Shown here: positions 48,085-58,570 of the stretch, piece after piece | Layout: each line of letters opens with the position of its first letter | Numbering within the stretch: position 1 is the stretch's first letter | NCBI GenBank assembly: GCA_044238965.1 | Contig: JBIICJ010000001.1 | Coordinates: 2,089-66,088 of the forward strand | DNA from: Micavibrio sp. | Lineage (GTDB): Bacteria > Pseudomonadota > Alphaproteobacteria > Micavibrionales > Micavibrionaceae | Direction of reading: 5' to 3' | Length of the DNA stretch: 64,000 bases | Program-made: the position numbers and the translations under genes | The notes under the pieces: model-generated | Databases searched by the model: none | Seen by the model: the letters and a program-made list of their open reading frames with translations, nothing else | Told to the model about the DNA's origin: nothing

Positions 48085-48736
48085 TTTCTTTATAAATAAA
48101 AAAAGTAAGACAGATATTGTTCAAGAATCATTATTATTTAGCGCGGTTCAAAAAAGTTTTGATGGAATTGCATTATTAAATTTTAATCAAACAATATTAT
48201 ATGCCAATGATAGATTCTGGGCGATATATGGTATTCCTTTGGCTGAACGTGAAAAATATATGTCGCAAAAATGGGATATTTTATATTCGGAACAAGGTCA
48301 AAAAATTATTCAAGAAAATATATACCCAGCTTTAGATGCGAATTCATATTGGGCGGGCGCAGCATGGGTTAAATCATGTAAGGGGCGTAAATTTTTTGCC
48401 GATTTATCGATTATAAAATATGATACAGGATATTTAGGATTGGTGCGCGATCGAACAGATTTTGTTCAGGAAATAGAGAAGAATAAATTACTAACGCGTG
48501 AATTACACGGTGCGCAAAAAGACAATGCAATTATGGCGGCGGTACGATCAATGATCCATGATTTTAATAACACATTATCGGTTATTAAGGGGCATACAGA
48601 ATTATTGGAAGATGGATGCAATTATTCATTCGAACAAAGGCAATCACTTGATTATATAAAGCGCGCGGTTAATTCTTCGCAACATATGTTGGCACGAGTG
48701 CGCTCATTAATTCCACAAACTATGCGGCATGAATAA
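48065..48736 (+). CDS. PAS plus DHp (HisKA) protein lacking an ATPase domain (truncated or stand-alone kinase module)
   Basis: PAS-like region SFDGIALLNFNQTILYANDRFWAIYG, then the H-box SMIHDFNNTLSVIKGHTELL. The ORF ends about 55 aa later, with no N/G1/G2 boxes. It overlaps the regulator gene by 20 nt. Confidence 0.7.
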   Translation: MKRNIFNFFINKKSKTDIVQESLLFSAVQKSFDGIALLNFNQTILYANDRFWAIYGIPLAEREKYMSQKWDILYSEQGQKIIQENIYPALDANSYWAGAAWVKSCKGRKFFADLSIIKYDTGYLGLVRDRTDFVQEIEKNKLLTRELHGAQKDNAIMAAVRSMIHDFNNTLSVIKGHTELLEDGCNYSFEQRQSLDYIKRAVNSSQHMLARVRSLIPQTMRHE

Positions 48737-48778
48737 ATATCTTTTCTATTTAAGAATGATGAATTAATATAATTTGTC

Positions 48779-49954
48779 ATGTTTTATAAAAATCAGCATT
48801 TAAAAAAGATTATGTCGTTATTGAATGGCAAACAAAATGTCCGTCCGTATGCAATGTATGTTGGTGGATGTGTGCGTGATTATATACTTGGAATCCCTAT
48901 AAAAGATATTGATATTGCCACCATTCATGCACCAGACAAAGTCATAAAAATTTTGAAACGTGATTTTAAAATCCTTCCTATCGGGATTGATCATGGAACA
49001 ATTGTTGCCGTTACACCTATTGGAAATATACAAATAACAACTTTGCGACAGGATGTCACAACAAATGGTCGGCATGCCACAGTATCATTTACTGATAATT
49101 GGATTGATGATGCAAAGCGGCGGGATTTTACCATCAACACTTTGTTAATGGATGCAAATGGTAAGATCGTCGATCCGTTGCAAACGGCATTGAAAGATTT
49201 AAAGCGTGAGTTAGTCCAGTTTGTGGGTGAGCCACAAGATCGCGTGCGTGAAGATGTGTTGCGTATTTTACGGTATGTGAGGTTTCAGGCACGATTTGGG
49301 TGTGGCGTACTCAATAAAGATTATTTAAAAATTTTTGCGCAACAAAAGACTTTATTTCATAAATTATCACGTGAACGAATTACGGAAGAAATATTTAAAA
49401 CAGTTTGTTATTCATCTGCTTTTCAATATTTTCAGCAGCTTGAGATTACAAAATTATTATTGATGCCGAAAATATCACGCGCACAAATAAAAATTTTTGA
49501 AAAACTATCTAAAATTAATTTAATGTCACCAGAATTGGCTCTGGCATTATGGGCGAATGGATCGAAGGTAAGGTGGGCAAAGATTAAATCATATTTAAAA
49601 ATGTCAAATAACACGATCTCGCACATTGATGATATAATATCAGGGCAAAAAATATTTAAAAAAATAGATCGTCAGAATTATTTGGTATTGTTATATCGAT
49701 ATAAGCGTGACGTTGCGCGTCATATTATCATTTATTCCTTATCGCAGCAGGGAATTGCGGCCGCCCGATTAAAATCAGAACTAAAAAAATTTGATGAATT
49801 GCAAACTCCTATATTTCCCATTTCAGGAAAGGACTTAATGGCGCGTGGGTTTCAATCAGGCCCAGAGTTAGGGGCAGCTTTACGAGCACTTGAAAATAAA
49901 TGGATTAAGTCAGGATTTAAATCTGTTTCACTTGACGCAATGCTTCGGCGATAA
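48779..49954 (+). CDS. cca: CCA tRNA nucleotidyltransferase / poly(A) polymerase family protein
   Basis: Contains YVGGCVRDYILGIPIKDIDIAT and RRDFTINTLLMD, the class II nucleotidyltransferase head-domain motifs. Confidence 0.8.
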   Translation: MFYKNQHLKKIMSLLNGKQNVRPYAMYVGGCVRDYILGIPIKDIDIATIHAPDKVIKILKRDFKILPIGIDHGTIVAVTPIGNIQITTLRQDVTTNGRHATVSFTDNWIDDAKRRDFTINTLLMDANGKIVDPLQTALKDLKRELVQFVGEPQDRVREDVLRILRYVRFQARFGCGVLNKDYLKIFAQQKTLFHKLSRERITEEIFKTVCYSSAFQYFQQLEITKLLLMPKISRAQIKIFEKLSKINLMSPELALALWANGSKVRWAKIKSYLKMSNNTISHIDDIISGQKIFKKIDRQNYLVLLYRYKRDVARHIIIYSLSQQGIAAARLKSELKKFDELQTPIFPISGKDLMARGFQSGPELGAALRALENKWIKSGFKSVSLDAMLRR

Positions 49955-50378
49955 CGATTGCGCCAGACATGGCGACGTTAAATGAACGTACATGTCCACG
50001 CATAGGGATAATGACTTTATTTTTCATTGCGTTATGAATCTCATCGGGAACGCCTGCGCTCTCACGTCCTAGTAACAAAACGTCATCATCCTGAAATTGA
50101 AAATCATATACTGATTGATTTGTTTTGGTGGTGAGCAACACAATACGGCGATCGCAAACGCTAGATATAAATTCTTCCCAATTATTGTGGCGGATAACCT
50201 TTGCGTGGGCGCGGTAATCCATGGCGGATTGTTTGATTTTGCGTTCATCCCACACAAATCCACAAGGTTCAATAATATGTAGATCAATATCCATGCCAAC
50301 GCATAAACGCATCAAAGCCCCTACATTTTGAGGAATATCAGGTTCAAAAGCGGCCAGAGAGATCTTTTTATTATACAT
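49917..50378 (-). CDS. trmL: tRNA (cytidine/uridine-2'-O-)-methyltransferase TrmL (SpoU/TrmH family)
   Basis: 153 aa with EPDIPQNVGALMRLC, LLLGRESAGVP and IPMRGHVRSFNVAMSGAIV. It overlaps cca convergently by 38 nt. Confidence 0.85.
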   Translation of the reverse strand: MYNKKISLAAFEPDIPQNVGALMRLCVGMDIDLHIIEPCGFVWDERKIKQSAMDYRAHAKVIRHNNWEEFISSVCDRRIVLLTTKTNQSVYDFQFQDDDVLLLGRESAGVPDEIHNAMKNKVIIPMRGHVRSFNVAMSGAIVIAEALRQVKQI

Positions 50379-50503
50379 AATTATATAACTTGGTTTCAGT
50401 CAAAGAAAAGAGGGCTGGAATTGACATTTATTCTACGATAAAACATAAGTTGTTCGAATCAAAGATTTTTTAATTTAACTCTTACCTTATAAGTATATGT
50501 CTC

Positions 50504-51046
50504 ATGAGCACAGATAACCATAATTCAAGTGATGAACCGACAAGACGCGATTTTTTGTTTTTGACCGCAGGTGCAATGGCTGCTGTGGGCGCGGGTTCAG
50601 TTGCATGGCCGTTTATTAATCAATGGTCGCCCGCCAAAGATACATTGGCATTGGCAACCGCAGAAGTAGATTTAACGCCAATCCAAATGGGGCAGGCGAT
50701 CACAGTTATGTGGCGCGGCAAGCCTGTGTTTATTCGTCATCGTACGGCCGAGGAGATTGCAACGGCTAAGGCTGTTGATGTTGCCTCTTTGCGTGACAAG
50801 CAAGCCGATGAAGACCGCGTGCAAAAAGACCAATGGTTAGTCATGGTTGGCATCTGTACACATTTAGGTTGCGTGCCGCTTGGTCAAAAAACAGGTGAGA
50901 GTAAAGGCGAATATGGCGGCTGGTTCTGCCCATGCCATGGATCACATTACGATACCGCTGGTCGCATTCGTAAGGGGCCTGCACCTAAAAATTTGGAAGT
51001 TCCGACCTATGTATTTACAACGGACACTATGATCCGTATCGGTTAA
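50504..51046 (+). CDS. petA: Ubiquinol-cytochrome c reductase Rieske iron-sulfur subunit
   Basis: Tat-like RRDFLF at the N-terminus, and the CTHLGCVP and CPCHGSHYD cluster motifs. Confidence 0.95.
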   Translation: MSTDNHNSSDEPTRRDFLFLTAGAMAAVGAGSVAWPFINQWSPAKDTLALATAEVDLTPIQMGQAITVMWRGKPVFIRHRTAEEIATAKAVDVASLRDKQADEDRVQKDQWLVMVGICTHLGCVPLGQKTGESKGEYGGWFCPCHGSHYDTAGRIRKGPAPKNLEVPTYVFTTDTMIRIG

Positions 51047-51082
51047 ACAAAATCTAAAAAATGAAGTAAAATGGAGTGTTAA

Positions 51083-52411
51083 ATGGCTTCTGGTGAACGT
51101 AAACCGCTCGATAATAAAGTAATGGAATGGGTCGACTCACGTCTGCCGATTTTTACAATGATTCAAAAAGAATATGGTGTGTTCCCAACGCCTAAAAATT
51201 TCAATTATTTTTGGAATTTTGGCGCCATTGCGATGTTCATGTTGGTCACGATGATTGTATCGGGTATTACACTTGCCATGCATTACACGCCACATGCGAA
51301 TTATGCATTTGCGTCGGTTGAACGTATTATGCGCGATGTTAATTTTGGCTGGCTCATTCGTTACATTCATATGAATGGCGCATCATTCTTTTTCATTGCT
51401 GTTTATATTCATATTTTCCGCGGTATGTATTACGGATCTTACAAGGCGCCGCGTGAGTTATTGTGGATATTGGGCGTTACGATTTTCTTGCTGATGATGG
51501 CGACCGCGTTCATGGGTTACGTTCTTCCTTGGGGGCAAATGAGCTTTTGGGGGGCTACTGTTATTACAAACTTGTTCTCAGCGATTCCTTTAATAGGGCC
51601 GGGGATCGTTGAATGGATGTGGGGTGGATTTTCAGTCGACAATGCAACGTTAAATCGCTTTTTTGCGCTTCATTTCTTGTTGCCATTTATGATTGTGGGC
51701 GTTGTGTTTTTGCATGTGTGGGCACTGCACGTCACGGGATCAAATAACCCAACTGGTATTGAACCTAAGGGGCCACAAGATACATTGCCGTTTAATCCAT
51801 ATTACACAATGAAAGATTCATTCGGTTTGATTGTTTTTGTGATTATTTATGCGGCCTTCACGTTCTTTATGCCGAATGCATTGGGTCACCCTGATAATTA
51901 TATCCCCGCCAACCCATTGGTAACACCGCCACATATTGTGCCTGAATGGTATTTCTTGCCATTCTATGCCATCTTGCGCGCGGTTACATTTGATATTGGT
52001 ATTCCCTTTACTGATATTGTCTTTATTGAGGCAAAATTAGGCGGCGTTCTTGCGATGTTTGGTTCGATTGCGATGTTGTTTGCATTGCCATGGCTCGATA
52101 CACATCCTGTGCGCAGTTCACGTTACCGTCCTCAATTCCGTATCGCGTTTCTAGGATTGGTTGCCGCTGTATTTATTCTCGGTAAAGTTGGTGGTATGCC
52201 CGCAGATGTTCCGCTGATTAACTTCACTAAGGATATCGCATTTACCACAACACATGTGGCGCAATTAATGACGCTGTATTATTTCTTCTTCTTTCTTGCG
52301 ATTTGCCCGTACCTAAGTCGTAAGGAAAAACCATTGCCAATGCCAGCCTCTATTCACGATGCGGTATTGCAAGATAAAGCTAAACTTGAATCTAAAGGAA
52401 AGACCGCTTAA
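51083..52411 (+). CDS. petB: Cytochrome b
   Basis: 442-aa polytopic protein with [28 protein letters not shown] and [13 protein letters not shown]. Confidence 0.95.
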   Translation: MASGERKPLDNKVMEWVDSRLPIFTMIQKEYGVFPTPKNFNYFWNFGAIAMFMLVTMIVSGITLAMHYTPHANYAFASVERIMRDVNFGWLIRYIHMNGASFFFIAVYIHIFRGMYYGSYKAPRELLWILGVTIFLLMMATAFMGYVLPWGQMSFWGATVITNLFSAIPLIGPGIVEWMWGGFSVDNATLNRFFALHFLLPFMIVGVVFLHVWALHVTGSNNPTGIEPKGPQDTLPFNPYYTMKDSFGLIVFVIIYAAFTFFMPNALGHPDNYIPANPLVTPPHIVPEWYFLPFYAILRAVTFDIGIPFTDIVFIEAKLGGVLAMFGSIAMLFALPWLDTHPVRSSRYRPQFRIAFLGLVAAVFILGKVGGMPADVPLINFTKDIAFTTTHVAQLMTLYYFFFFLAICPYLSRKEKPLPMPASIHDAVLQDKAKLESKGKTA

Positions 52412-53175
52412 TGAAACTTGCTGCTGTTCTTTTGTCTGCATTTTGTATTGTTATTTCATCATCAGTTTTGGCAGCTGGTGGCGGCGAAACGCATAAATTA
52501 CCAGACGTAAAATGGTCATTTGATGGCCCGTTCGGTACATATGATAAGGCGGCTTTGCAACGCGGCTTTTTGGTATACAAACAAGTTTGTTCCGCATGTC
52601 ACGGAATGAAAGAAAACCATTATCGTAATTTAACTGATCTTGGCTATTCAGAGGCGCAGGTGAAAACAATTGCGGCTGAGTATACTGTTATGGACGGCCC
52701 AAATGATGAGGGCGAAATGTTTGAACGTCCTGCACGTCCTGCAGATAAATTTAAAATGCCTTATCCTAATGATAAAGCAGCGGCCTATGCGAATAATGGC
52801 GCTGTTCCACCAGATTTATCATTAATCACAAAGGCACGTCATGGCGGCGCTGACTATGTATATGGCCTATTGGTTGGTTATGCGCCCGCGCCATCTGGCG
52901 TTACATTGGCGAACGGCCAACACTATAATAAATATAAAGACGGAAATATCATCGCAATGGCAGCACCTTTATCAGATGGAATGGTTGCCTATGAAGACGG
53001 CACCCCACAAACAATGTCGCAATATGCGAAAGATGTAGCACATTTTTTAACATGGGCTGCAGAACCTGAAATGGAGCAACGTAAACGCATGGGCGTGAAA
53101 GTTGTTTTATTTTTAATTGCATTTGCGGCTATCATGTATGGTGTGAAGAAAAAAATATGGCAGTCAATTAAATAA
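52411..53175 (+). CDS. petC: Cytochrome c1
   Basis: Signal peptide, heme motif CSACHG, PPDLSLI, and a C-terminal TM anchor. Confidence 0.9.
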   Translation: MKLAAVLLSAFCIVISSSVLAAGGGETHKLPDVKWSFDGPFGTYDKAALQRGFLVYKQVCSACHGMKENHYRNLTDLGYSEAQVKTIAAEYTVMDGPNDEGEMFERPARPADKFKMPYPNDKAAAYANNGAVPPDLSLITKARHGGADYVYGLLVGYAPAPSGVTLANGQHYNKYKDGNIIAMAAPLSDGMVAYEDGTPQTMSQYAKDVAHFLTWAAEPEMEQRKRMGVKVVLFLIAFAAIMYGVKKKIWQSIK

Positions 53176-53209
53176 AATTATTTAATATCCAGTCTATTGG
53201 AAACCATAA

Positions 53210-53476
53210 ATGTCGAAACAAAAATCAAACGAAGCGCGTAGGCTGGCGATGAAGGCGAGAGTTTACCGCAGTATCGCGCTTTTGTTTGTTATAGTTGGGA
53301 TTTTAATTTTTGCTCATTTGTATACAAGTAAAGTCCAAGGGCATTTTTTAAAAGCGATTCAAGACCCATTTACAATTACAATATTCCTATTTCCCTTTAT
53401 TCCCGCAGTTTTTTTATCATGGATCGCAAATGTTTATGAGAAAAAATATGATCAATACATGCGTAAGAAGAAATAA
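53210..53476 (+). CDS. Small hypothetical membrane protein (88 aa, 2 TM)
   Basis: ORF with two hydrophobic segments and basic termini. I recognise no family. Confidence 0.4.
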   Translation: MSKQKSNEARRLAMKARVYRSIALLFVIVGILIFAHLYTSKVQGHFLKAIQDPFTITIFLFPFIPAVFLSWIANVYEKKYDQYMRKKK

Positions 53477-53491
53477 CTATAATTTTTCGCC

Positions 53492-54043
53492 ATGAGAGAT
53501 TTGCAAAAAGACATCTTAGATTTTTGGTTCATTGAAACAGCTCCGTCACAATATTTTCAAACCAGCGAAGATTTTGATCATTTAATTCACCAGCGTTTCG
53601 GCCACTCTTATGAATGGGCAAAAGATGGTTTATATGACTCATGGATGCGCACTGAGGATGGGTGTCTAACGCTTTGTATTTTGCTCGACCAATTCCCGCG
53701 GAATATGTTTCGTGGCAAGGCGCAGGCCTATGATACTGACTTAAAGGCACGGTTTGTGGCTCATCACGCCCTAAAACGTGGATATGATCAGTTATTCATT
53801 CCTTTGAAACGAAGGTTTTTATATCTGCCTTTTGAACATTCAGAGGTGATGGATGATCAAAAATTATCCGTCTCCTTATTTGAATCGATGAAGGAGGATG
53901 ATCCTACGGGATATGATTATGCCCTACGTCATTACAAAGTCATTGAAACATTTGGTCGTTTTCCGCACCGCAACGTAATCTTGGGCAGGCAATCAACAGC
54001 CGACGAAGAACAATACTTATTGACCCCTGGTGCAGGTTTTTGA
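53492..54043 (+). CDS. DUF924-family protein
   Basis: ILDFWF near the N-terminus, LDQFPRNMFRG, and FGRFPHRNVILGR, which is characteristic of DUF924. Confidence 0.7.
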   Translation: MRDLQKDILDFWFIETAPSQYFQTSEDFDHLIHQRFGHSYEWAKDGLYDSWMRTEDGCLTLCILLDQFPRNMFRGKAQAYDTDLKARFVAHHALKRGYDQLFIPLKRRFLYLPFEHSEVMDDQKLSVSLFESMKEDDPTGYDYALRHYKVIETFGRFPHRNVILGRQSTADEEQYLLTPGAGF

Positions 54044-54101
54044 AAACATTTTTGATTTACTCTTTTGATTTCTTACAAATCACGTTACACTAATTTCATA
54101 T

Positions 54102-55766
54102 ATGCCTAGCTTAATTCTCTTACATATTATTGGTGCAGTATGCTTATTGCTTTTCGGCCTTCGTTTGGTACGAAATGGAGTCACACGCGCGTTCGGTGTT
54201 GAGCTACGCAAATTCATATCGTTTAGTACCAAAAATCGTATACTTGGATTTTTGTCAGGAATTGGCGTAACAACATTTCTTCAAAGTTCTACTGCAACCA
54301 CTATGATTGTCACCAGCTTTGCGGGGCAAGGTTTAATCACCACTGTTGCAGGTTTGGCAGTTGTATTGGGTGCAGATGTTGGAACCACGATTGTTGCACA
54401 AATTTTAACATTTGATTTATCATGGTTGTCGCCTGTTTTAATCATTCTTGGTTATTTCTCTTATACAATCAAAGATCAATCAACGCCGCTTCGCCAAGCG
54501 GGACGCATCTTGTTGGGTCTTGGATTAATGTTATTGGCATTATCGTTGATTAAACAATCAGCAGTACCATTAAAACAATCTGAAATTTTACCAATGATTT
54601 TAGCGCCATTAAATGATGATCCTATTTTTGCTGTTTTACTTGGTGCCTTACTCACATGGTTATTCCACTCATCATTGGCAATCGTATTGTTGTTAATGTC
54701 GATGGAATCGGCCGAATTAATTTCTGTGCATTTGGGATTGATGATGGTACTTGGGGCAAATATTGGGAATGTTATTGCGCCCTTGTTATCCAGTTTACGT
54801 GACCCGCCCGAAGCCACGCGCATTCCTCTGGGTAATTTGTTAATGCGCACGGTTGGCGTCGCTGTATTTTTGATTTTTATTCATGATGTTGAATCGGTCT
54901 TAAACGAAATTTTCGCAGACAAAGCGCGTGCATTGGTTATGTTCCATATGTTCTTTAACGTGGCTGTCGCCTTGGCATTTTTACCTTTTCTAGATGTTGT
55001 ACATCGTGTGTCATGCCTTATTGTAAAACCACGTGATGAAAAAACAGATATTACCAAACCACAATATCTGGATGATCGTGTGTTGGATATGCCAACAGTC
55101 GCCTTAACAAATGCGGCGCGTGAATCGTTGCGCATGGCTGATTTTTTGGATCAAATGTTTCAAGATGCGTGGAATGCATTACGCCAAGGAAGCACACAAT
55201 TAGTCGCACGTGCTGAAGCCACCGATATCGTCATTGATAAATTATATAAAAGTATTAAGGCCTATTTGGTACGCTTGGGTTCAGAAACATTAAATACAAC
55301 TGAAGCAAAGCGCCATTTCCAAATTTTAACATTCGCAACTAACATTGAACATGTGGGTGATATTATTGATAAAAATTTAATTCCATTGGCTGAGAAAAAA
55401 ATTCGTGAAGGAAAACAATTTTCAGTCGAAGGCGAAAAAGAATTAAATGAATTATTTGGTTTGGTTTTAGATTCGGTTCGTTTGGCGCAAACCGTATTTA
55501 TTTCAGGCGATTCCCGTTTGGCACGCCAACTCGTCGAAGATAAAGCTGTGATTAAGAAGGCAGAAGTGCAGGCATCAATTAATCATATGGCGCGATTGCA
55601 AGCGGGCGTAAAAGAAACGCAAGATACATCTGATTTGCATATGGATATTGTGCGTGATTTACGCCGCATCAATAGTTTAATGGCATCTATTGCTTATCCT
55701 ATTTTAGAAGAAGCGGGCGCGTTACGCCCTTCATTGTTACGAGAACAACAAACGCAAGCGGAGTGA
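54102..55766 (+). CDS. Na/Pi cotransporter family protein with C-terminal PhoU-like domain
   Basis: Contains duplicated motifs FLQSSTATTMIV and GANIGNVIAP. The cytoplasmic helical C-terminus has NIEHVGDII. Confidence 0.85.
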   Translation: MPSLILLHIIGAVCLLLFGLRLVRNGVTRAFGVELRKFISFSTKNRILGFLSGIGVTTFLQSSTATTMIVTSFAGQGLITTVAGLAVVLGADVGTTIVAQILTFDLSWLSPVLIILGYFSYTIKDQSTPLRQAGRILLGLGLMLLALSLIKQSAVPLKQSEILPMILAPLNDDPIFAVLLGALLTWLFHSSLAIVLLLMSMESAELISVHLGLMMVLGANIGNVIAPLLSSLRDPPEATRIPLGNLLMRTVGVAVFLIFIHDVESVLNEIFADKARALVMFHMFFNVAVALAFLPFLDVVHRVSCLIVKPRDEKTDITKPQYLDDRVLDMPTVALTNAARESLRMADFLDQMFQDAWNALRQGSTQLVARAEATDIVIDKLYKSIKAYLVRLGSETLNTTEAKRHFQILTFATNIEHVGDIIDKNLIPLAEKKIREGKQFSVEGEKELNELFGLVLDSVRLAQTVFISGDSRLARQLVEDKAVIKKAEVQASINHMARLQAGVKETQDTSDLHMDIVRDLRRINSLMASIAYPILEEAGALRPSLLREQQTQAE

Positions 55767-55767
55767 T

Positions 55768-57282
55768 ATGATGCACGAAGTGGCAGGGCTATTAAAAAAT
55801 TTAGGTGTAGATTTTAAGCGATTTGAAGGATCGGACATCGCAGTGATATCTCCGATTGATGGCTCTTCATTGGGCACTATCAAACAAATCTCCAACGCGG
55901 ATTATAATCAAATGATTGATCGTGCGCAGGTATCATTTGATACATGGCGCGCTATGCCTGCGCCCTTGCGTGGTGAATTGGTGCGATTATATGGCGATGT
56001 ATTGCGCGCGCACAAAGATGATTTGGGGCGTTTGGTTACGTGGGAATGCGGAAAAATTTTGTCCGAAGGTTTGGGCGAAGTTCAAGAGATGATCGATATT
56101 TGTGATTTCGCCGTTGGGTTATCGCGGCAATTATATGGCCTGACCATTTCATCCGAACGGTTTGAACATCATATGCGGGAAATGTGGCATCCGCTAGGTG
56201 TTGTGGGCATTATTTCCGCCTTTAATTTTCCTGTTGCGGTGTGGTGTTGGAATGCGGCGCTCGCACTTGTGTGCGGAAATTCGCTTGTGTGGAAGCCATC
56301 AGAAAAAACGCCTCTTACGGCGATTGCGTGTCAGGCGTTGTTTGAAAAAGCTGTCGCAACATTTAAGGTATCACATAAAAATTGCCCTGATCATCTCTCG
56401 CAACTCATTATCGGCGGCCGTGAAGTGGGTGAATGGTTATCGCATGATAAACGTATACCGTTAGTTAGTGCAACGGGAAGCACGCGCATGGGGCGCGCGG
56501 TGGCAACGGTGGTTGCAGATCGCTTAGGTCGTTCATTGCTCGAACTCGGCGGAAATAATGCCATGATTGTCGCGCCTTCGGCTGATTTATCAATGGCGGT
56601 GCGCGCCATTTTGTTTGGCGCGGTGGGAACGGCGGGGCAACGTTGCACAACGTTGCGCCGCTTGATTGTGCATGAATCCATTTTACCGACATTATTGCCG
56701 CAATTAACAAAGGCGTATCAATCACTTCGTATTGGTAATCCGCTTGATACGCAGACATTGGTCGGGCCATTAATTGATCAGGCATCATTTGATGGCATGC
56801 AAAATGCGATTAAACATGCCGTGGCGCAGGGCGGAAAAATTTTGGTCGGCGGTGATCGTGTGACTGTGGGCGCGGGCGGATATTATGTTGCACCCACTAT
56901 CATTCACATGCCCGTACAAACCGATCAGGTAAAGCACGAAGTTTTCGCACCGATTTTATATGTGATGACGTACAAGGATTTATCCGAAGCCATTCACATG
57001 CAAAATGATGTGCCACAAGGTTTATCATCATGCATTTTCTCAACCGATATGCGGGAAACTGAGCGTTTCTTATCAGCAACGGGAAGTGATTGCGGCATTG
57101 CGAATGTGAATATTGGGCCGAGCGGCGCTGAAATTGGTGGCGCGTTCGGCGGCGAAAAAGAAACGGGCGGCGGGCGCGAAAGCGGTTCCGATTCATGGAA
57201 GGCTTATATGCGTCGTCAAACACAAACAGTGAATTATTCGTCATCACTGCCACTCGCGCAGGGCGTTGTGTTTGATGTGTAA
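55768..57282 (+). CDS. Aldehyde dehydrogenase, ALDH7/AmaB-like (aminoadipate-semialdehyde / piperideine-6-carboxylate dehydrogenase type)
   Basis: Contains FNFPVAVWCWNAALALVCGNSLVWKPSEKTP, ELGGNNAMIV and GTAGQRCTTLRRL. The subfamily call is by resemblance to antiquitin-type enzymes. Confidence 0.85.
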   Translation: MMHEVAGLLKNLGVDFKRFEGSDIAVISPIDGSSLGTIKQISNADYNQMIDRAQVSFDTWRAMPAPLRGELVRLYGDVLRAHKDDLGRLVTWECGKILSEGLGEVQEMIDICDFAVGLSRQLYGLTISSERFEHHMREMWHPLGVVGIISAFNFPVAVWCWNAALALVCGNSLVWKPSEKTPLTAIACQALFEKAVATFKVSHKNCPDHLSQLIIGGREVGEWLSHDKRIPLVSATGSTRMGRAVATVVADRLGRSLLELGGNNAMIVAPSADLSMAVRAILFGAVGTAGQRCTTLRRLIVHESILPTLLPQLTKAYQSLRIGNPLDTQTLVGPLIDQASFDGMQNAIKHAVAQGGKILVGGDRVTVGAGGYYVAPTIIHMPVQTDQVKHEVFAPILYVMTYKDLSEAIHMQNDVPQGLSSCIFSTDMRETERFLSATGSDCGIANVNIGPSGAEIGGAFGGEKETGGGRESGSDSWKAYMRRQTQTVNYSSSLPLAQGVVFDV

Positions 57283-57569
57283 TTTATCTCAAATCATTTC
57301 CAAGCTTTAGATTTTATTCATAATTCATGTGACATAATAGAAGAATGTGGTGAATAAAATCATCCCGTTTCAATAAAACCCAATTCTTTTTGTGAGGTAC
57401 GACCCGTCATTGACTGGGCTATCTGGTAAGCTTTTGAAAAAATGGGTTTATTCGAAACATTACATATAACCCGCCTTATTGAAAACAATGCGATTTATTT
57501 CGCATTGGGCGGGCAGTGTGTGATACGATTTTTATATTCACCCATTGCTATTTGAAAGGAGATTATCAC

Positions 57570-57773
57570 ATGAGTTTGGCTCTACGTACCTCTGCGCCCA
57601 TATCGCGCCTGCAATCCCTGAAAACAAAAAAGGCACACATAGAAGAGCAATTAGGGCAGGAACAAACCCGCCTTTCGGCATCGGATATATATTTAAAGCA
57701 ACTGAAGAAGATGAAACTTCAATTGAAAGAAGAAATACATACGCTCGAATCATTAGAGAGAAAATCGCATTAA
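57570..57773 (+). CDS. DUF465 (YdcH-like) small protein
   Basis: ATG at 57570 with SD AGGAG. IYLKQLKKMKLQLKEEI matches the DUF465 pattern (LKK.KL.LKDEI). Confidence 0.7.
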   Translation: MSLALRTSAPISRLQSLKTKKAHIEEQLGQEQTRLSASDIYLKQLKKMKLQLKEEIHTLESLERKSH

Positions 57774-57807
57774 GTCATTGAATAAGATATAGATTTTATT
57801 TCAATAC

Positions 57808-57850
57808 GAAACGCCCCGATATATAAATATCAGGGCGTTTCTTTTATTTC
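57808..57850 (+). terminator. Intrinsic terminator after the DUF465 gene
   Basis: GAAACGCCCcGATAT-atAA-ATATCaGGGCGTTTC forms a 14-bp stem with one mismatch and is followed by TTTTATTT. Confidence 0.75.
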
Positions 57851-57892
57851 GGAACGAATTGGTTCGAATGATTTCGATTGATTTGAAGCCAA

Positions 57893-58570
57893 TTAGTTTG
57901 AGGTACGTGACAAGAAGTTTGAGAAATCAAATCCGCTATTGTCGGCTTTGGTTTCGGTCGCCGCGGGCTCATCATTTTGAGTGAGTTCGGCAATTTTACG
58001 TGCCGCTTCTACATCGGGGTCTTTCCCTTGAGCTTTCAAACCCTTGCGTGATGCCTTGTCTAATTCTTGGTATGTGCACAAGCCCAATTCCGATGGGTGG
58101 CGCGGACGCAATGTTGATGCATTCGGGTGTGTACGGTCACGAACCGATTGAATGGTTGGTTTTGTTGTGCCGACCAATTTACAAATTTGCGCATCAGATA
58201 CTTCGGGATTGAATTTAAGAATATAGGCAATCGCATCTGGTTTATCGTTACGGCGTGACACAGGTGTATAACGTGGGCCTTTCGCGCGTACTTTAACCTC
58301 TGGCAAGTCAGAGCGAAGCAATTTCAAACGCTTGTTCGGGTCTTTTTCCGCATCGGCAATATTGTCCTCCGAAACTTCACCGCTTTTAATTGGGTTTTCG
58401 CCAATAATTCCACGACCAACTTCTTCATCGGCTAAGGCCTGCACTTCGATGGCATGAAGACCTGTAAAATCACCAATTTGTTCAAAGGTTAGGGCGGTAT
58501 TATCAACCAACCATACGGCGGTTGCTTTTGGCTTAATCGGATATGCTTTTGGTTTTAATGGTTCGGCCAT
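57893..58570 (-). CDS. DUF1013-family protein (TrcR-like cell-cycle transcriptional regulator)
   Basis: The N-terminus KPKATAVWLVDNTALTFEQIGDFTGLHAIEVQALADEEVGRGIIGENPI matches my memory of the DUF1013 consensus. A second HTH-like repeat reads ICKLVGTTKPTIQSVRDRTHPN. Confidence 0.65.
   Translation of the reverse strand: MAEPLKPKAYPIKPKATAVWLVDNTALTFEQIGDFTGLHAIEVQALADEEVGRGIIGENPIKSGEVSEDNIADAEKDPNKRLKLLRSDLPEVKVRAKGPRYTPVSRRNDKPDAIAYILKFNPEVSDAQICKLVGTTKPTIQSVRDRTHPNASTLRPRHPSELGLCTYQELDKASRKGLKAQGKDPDVEAARKIAELTQNDEPAATETKADNSGFDFSNFLSRTSN

Noticed and set aside
57861-57869. GGTTCGAAT, a tRNA T-loop-like string
   Set aside because: The flanking bases cannot form a T-stem or the rest of a cloverleaf, and the string sits between a terminator and a CDS stop.
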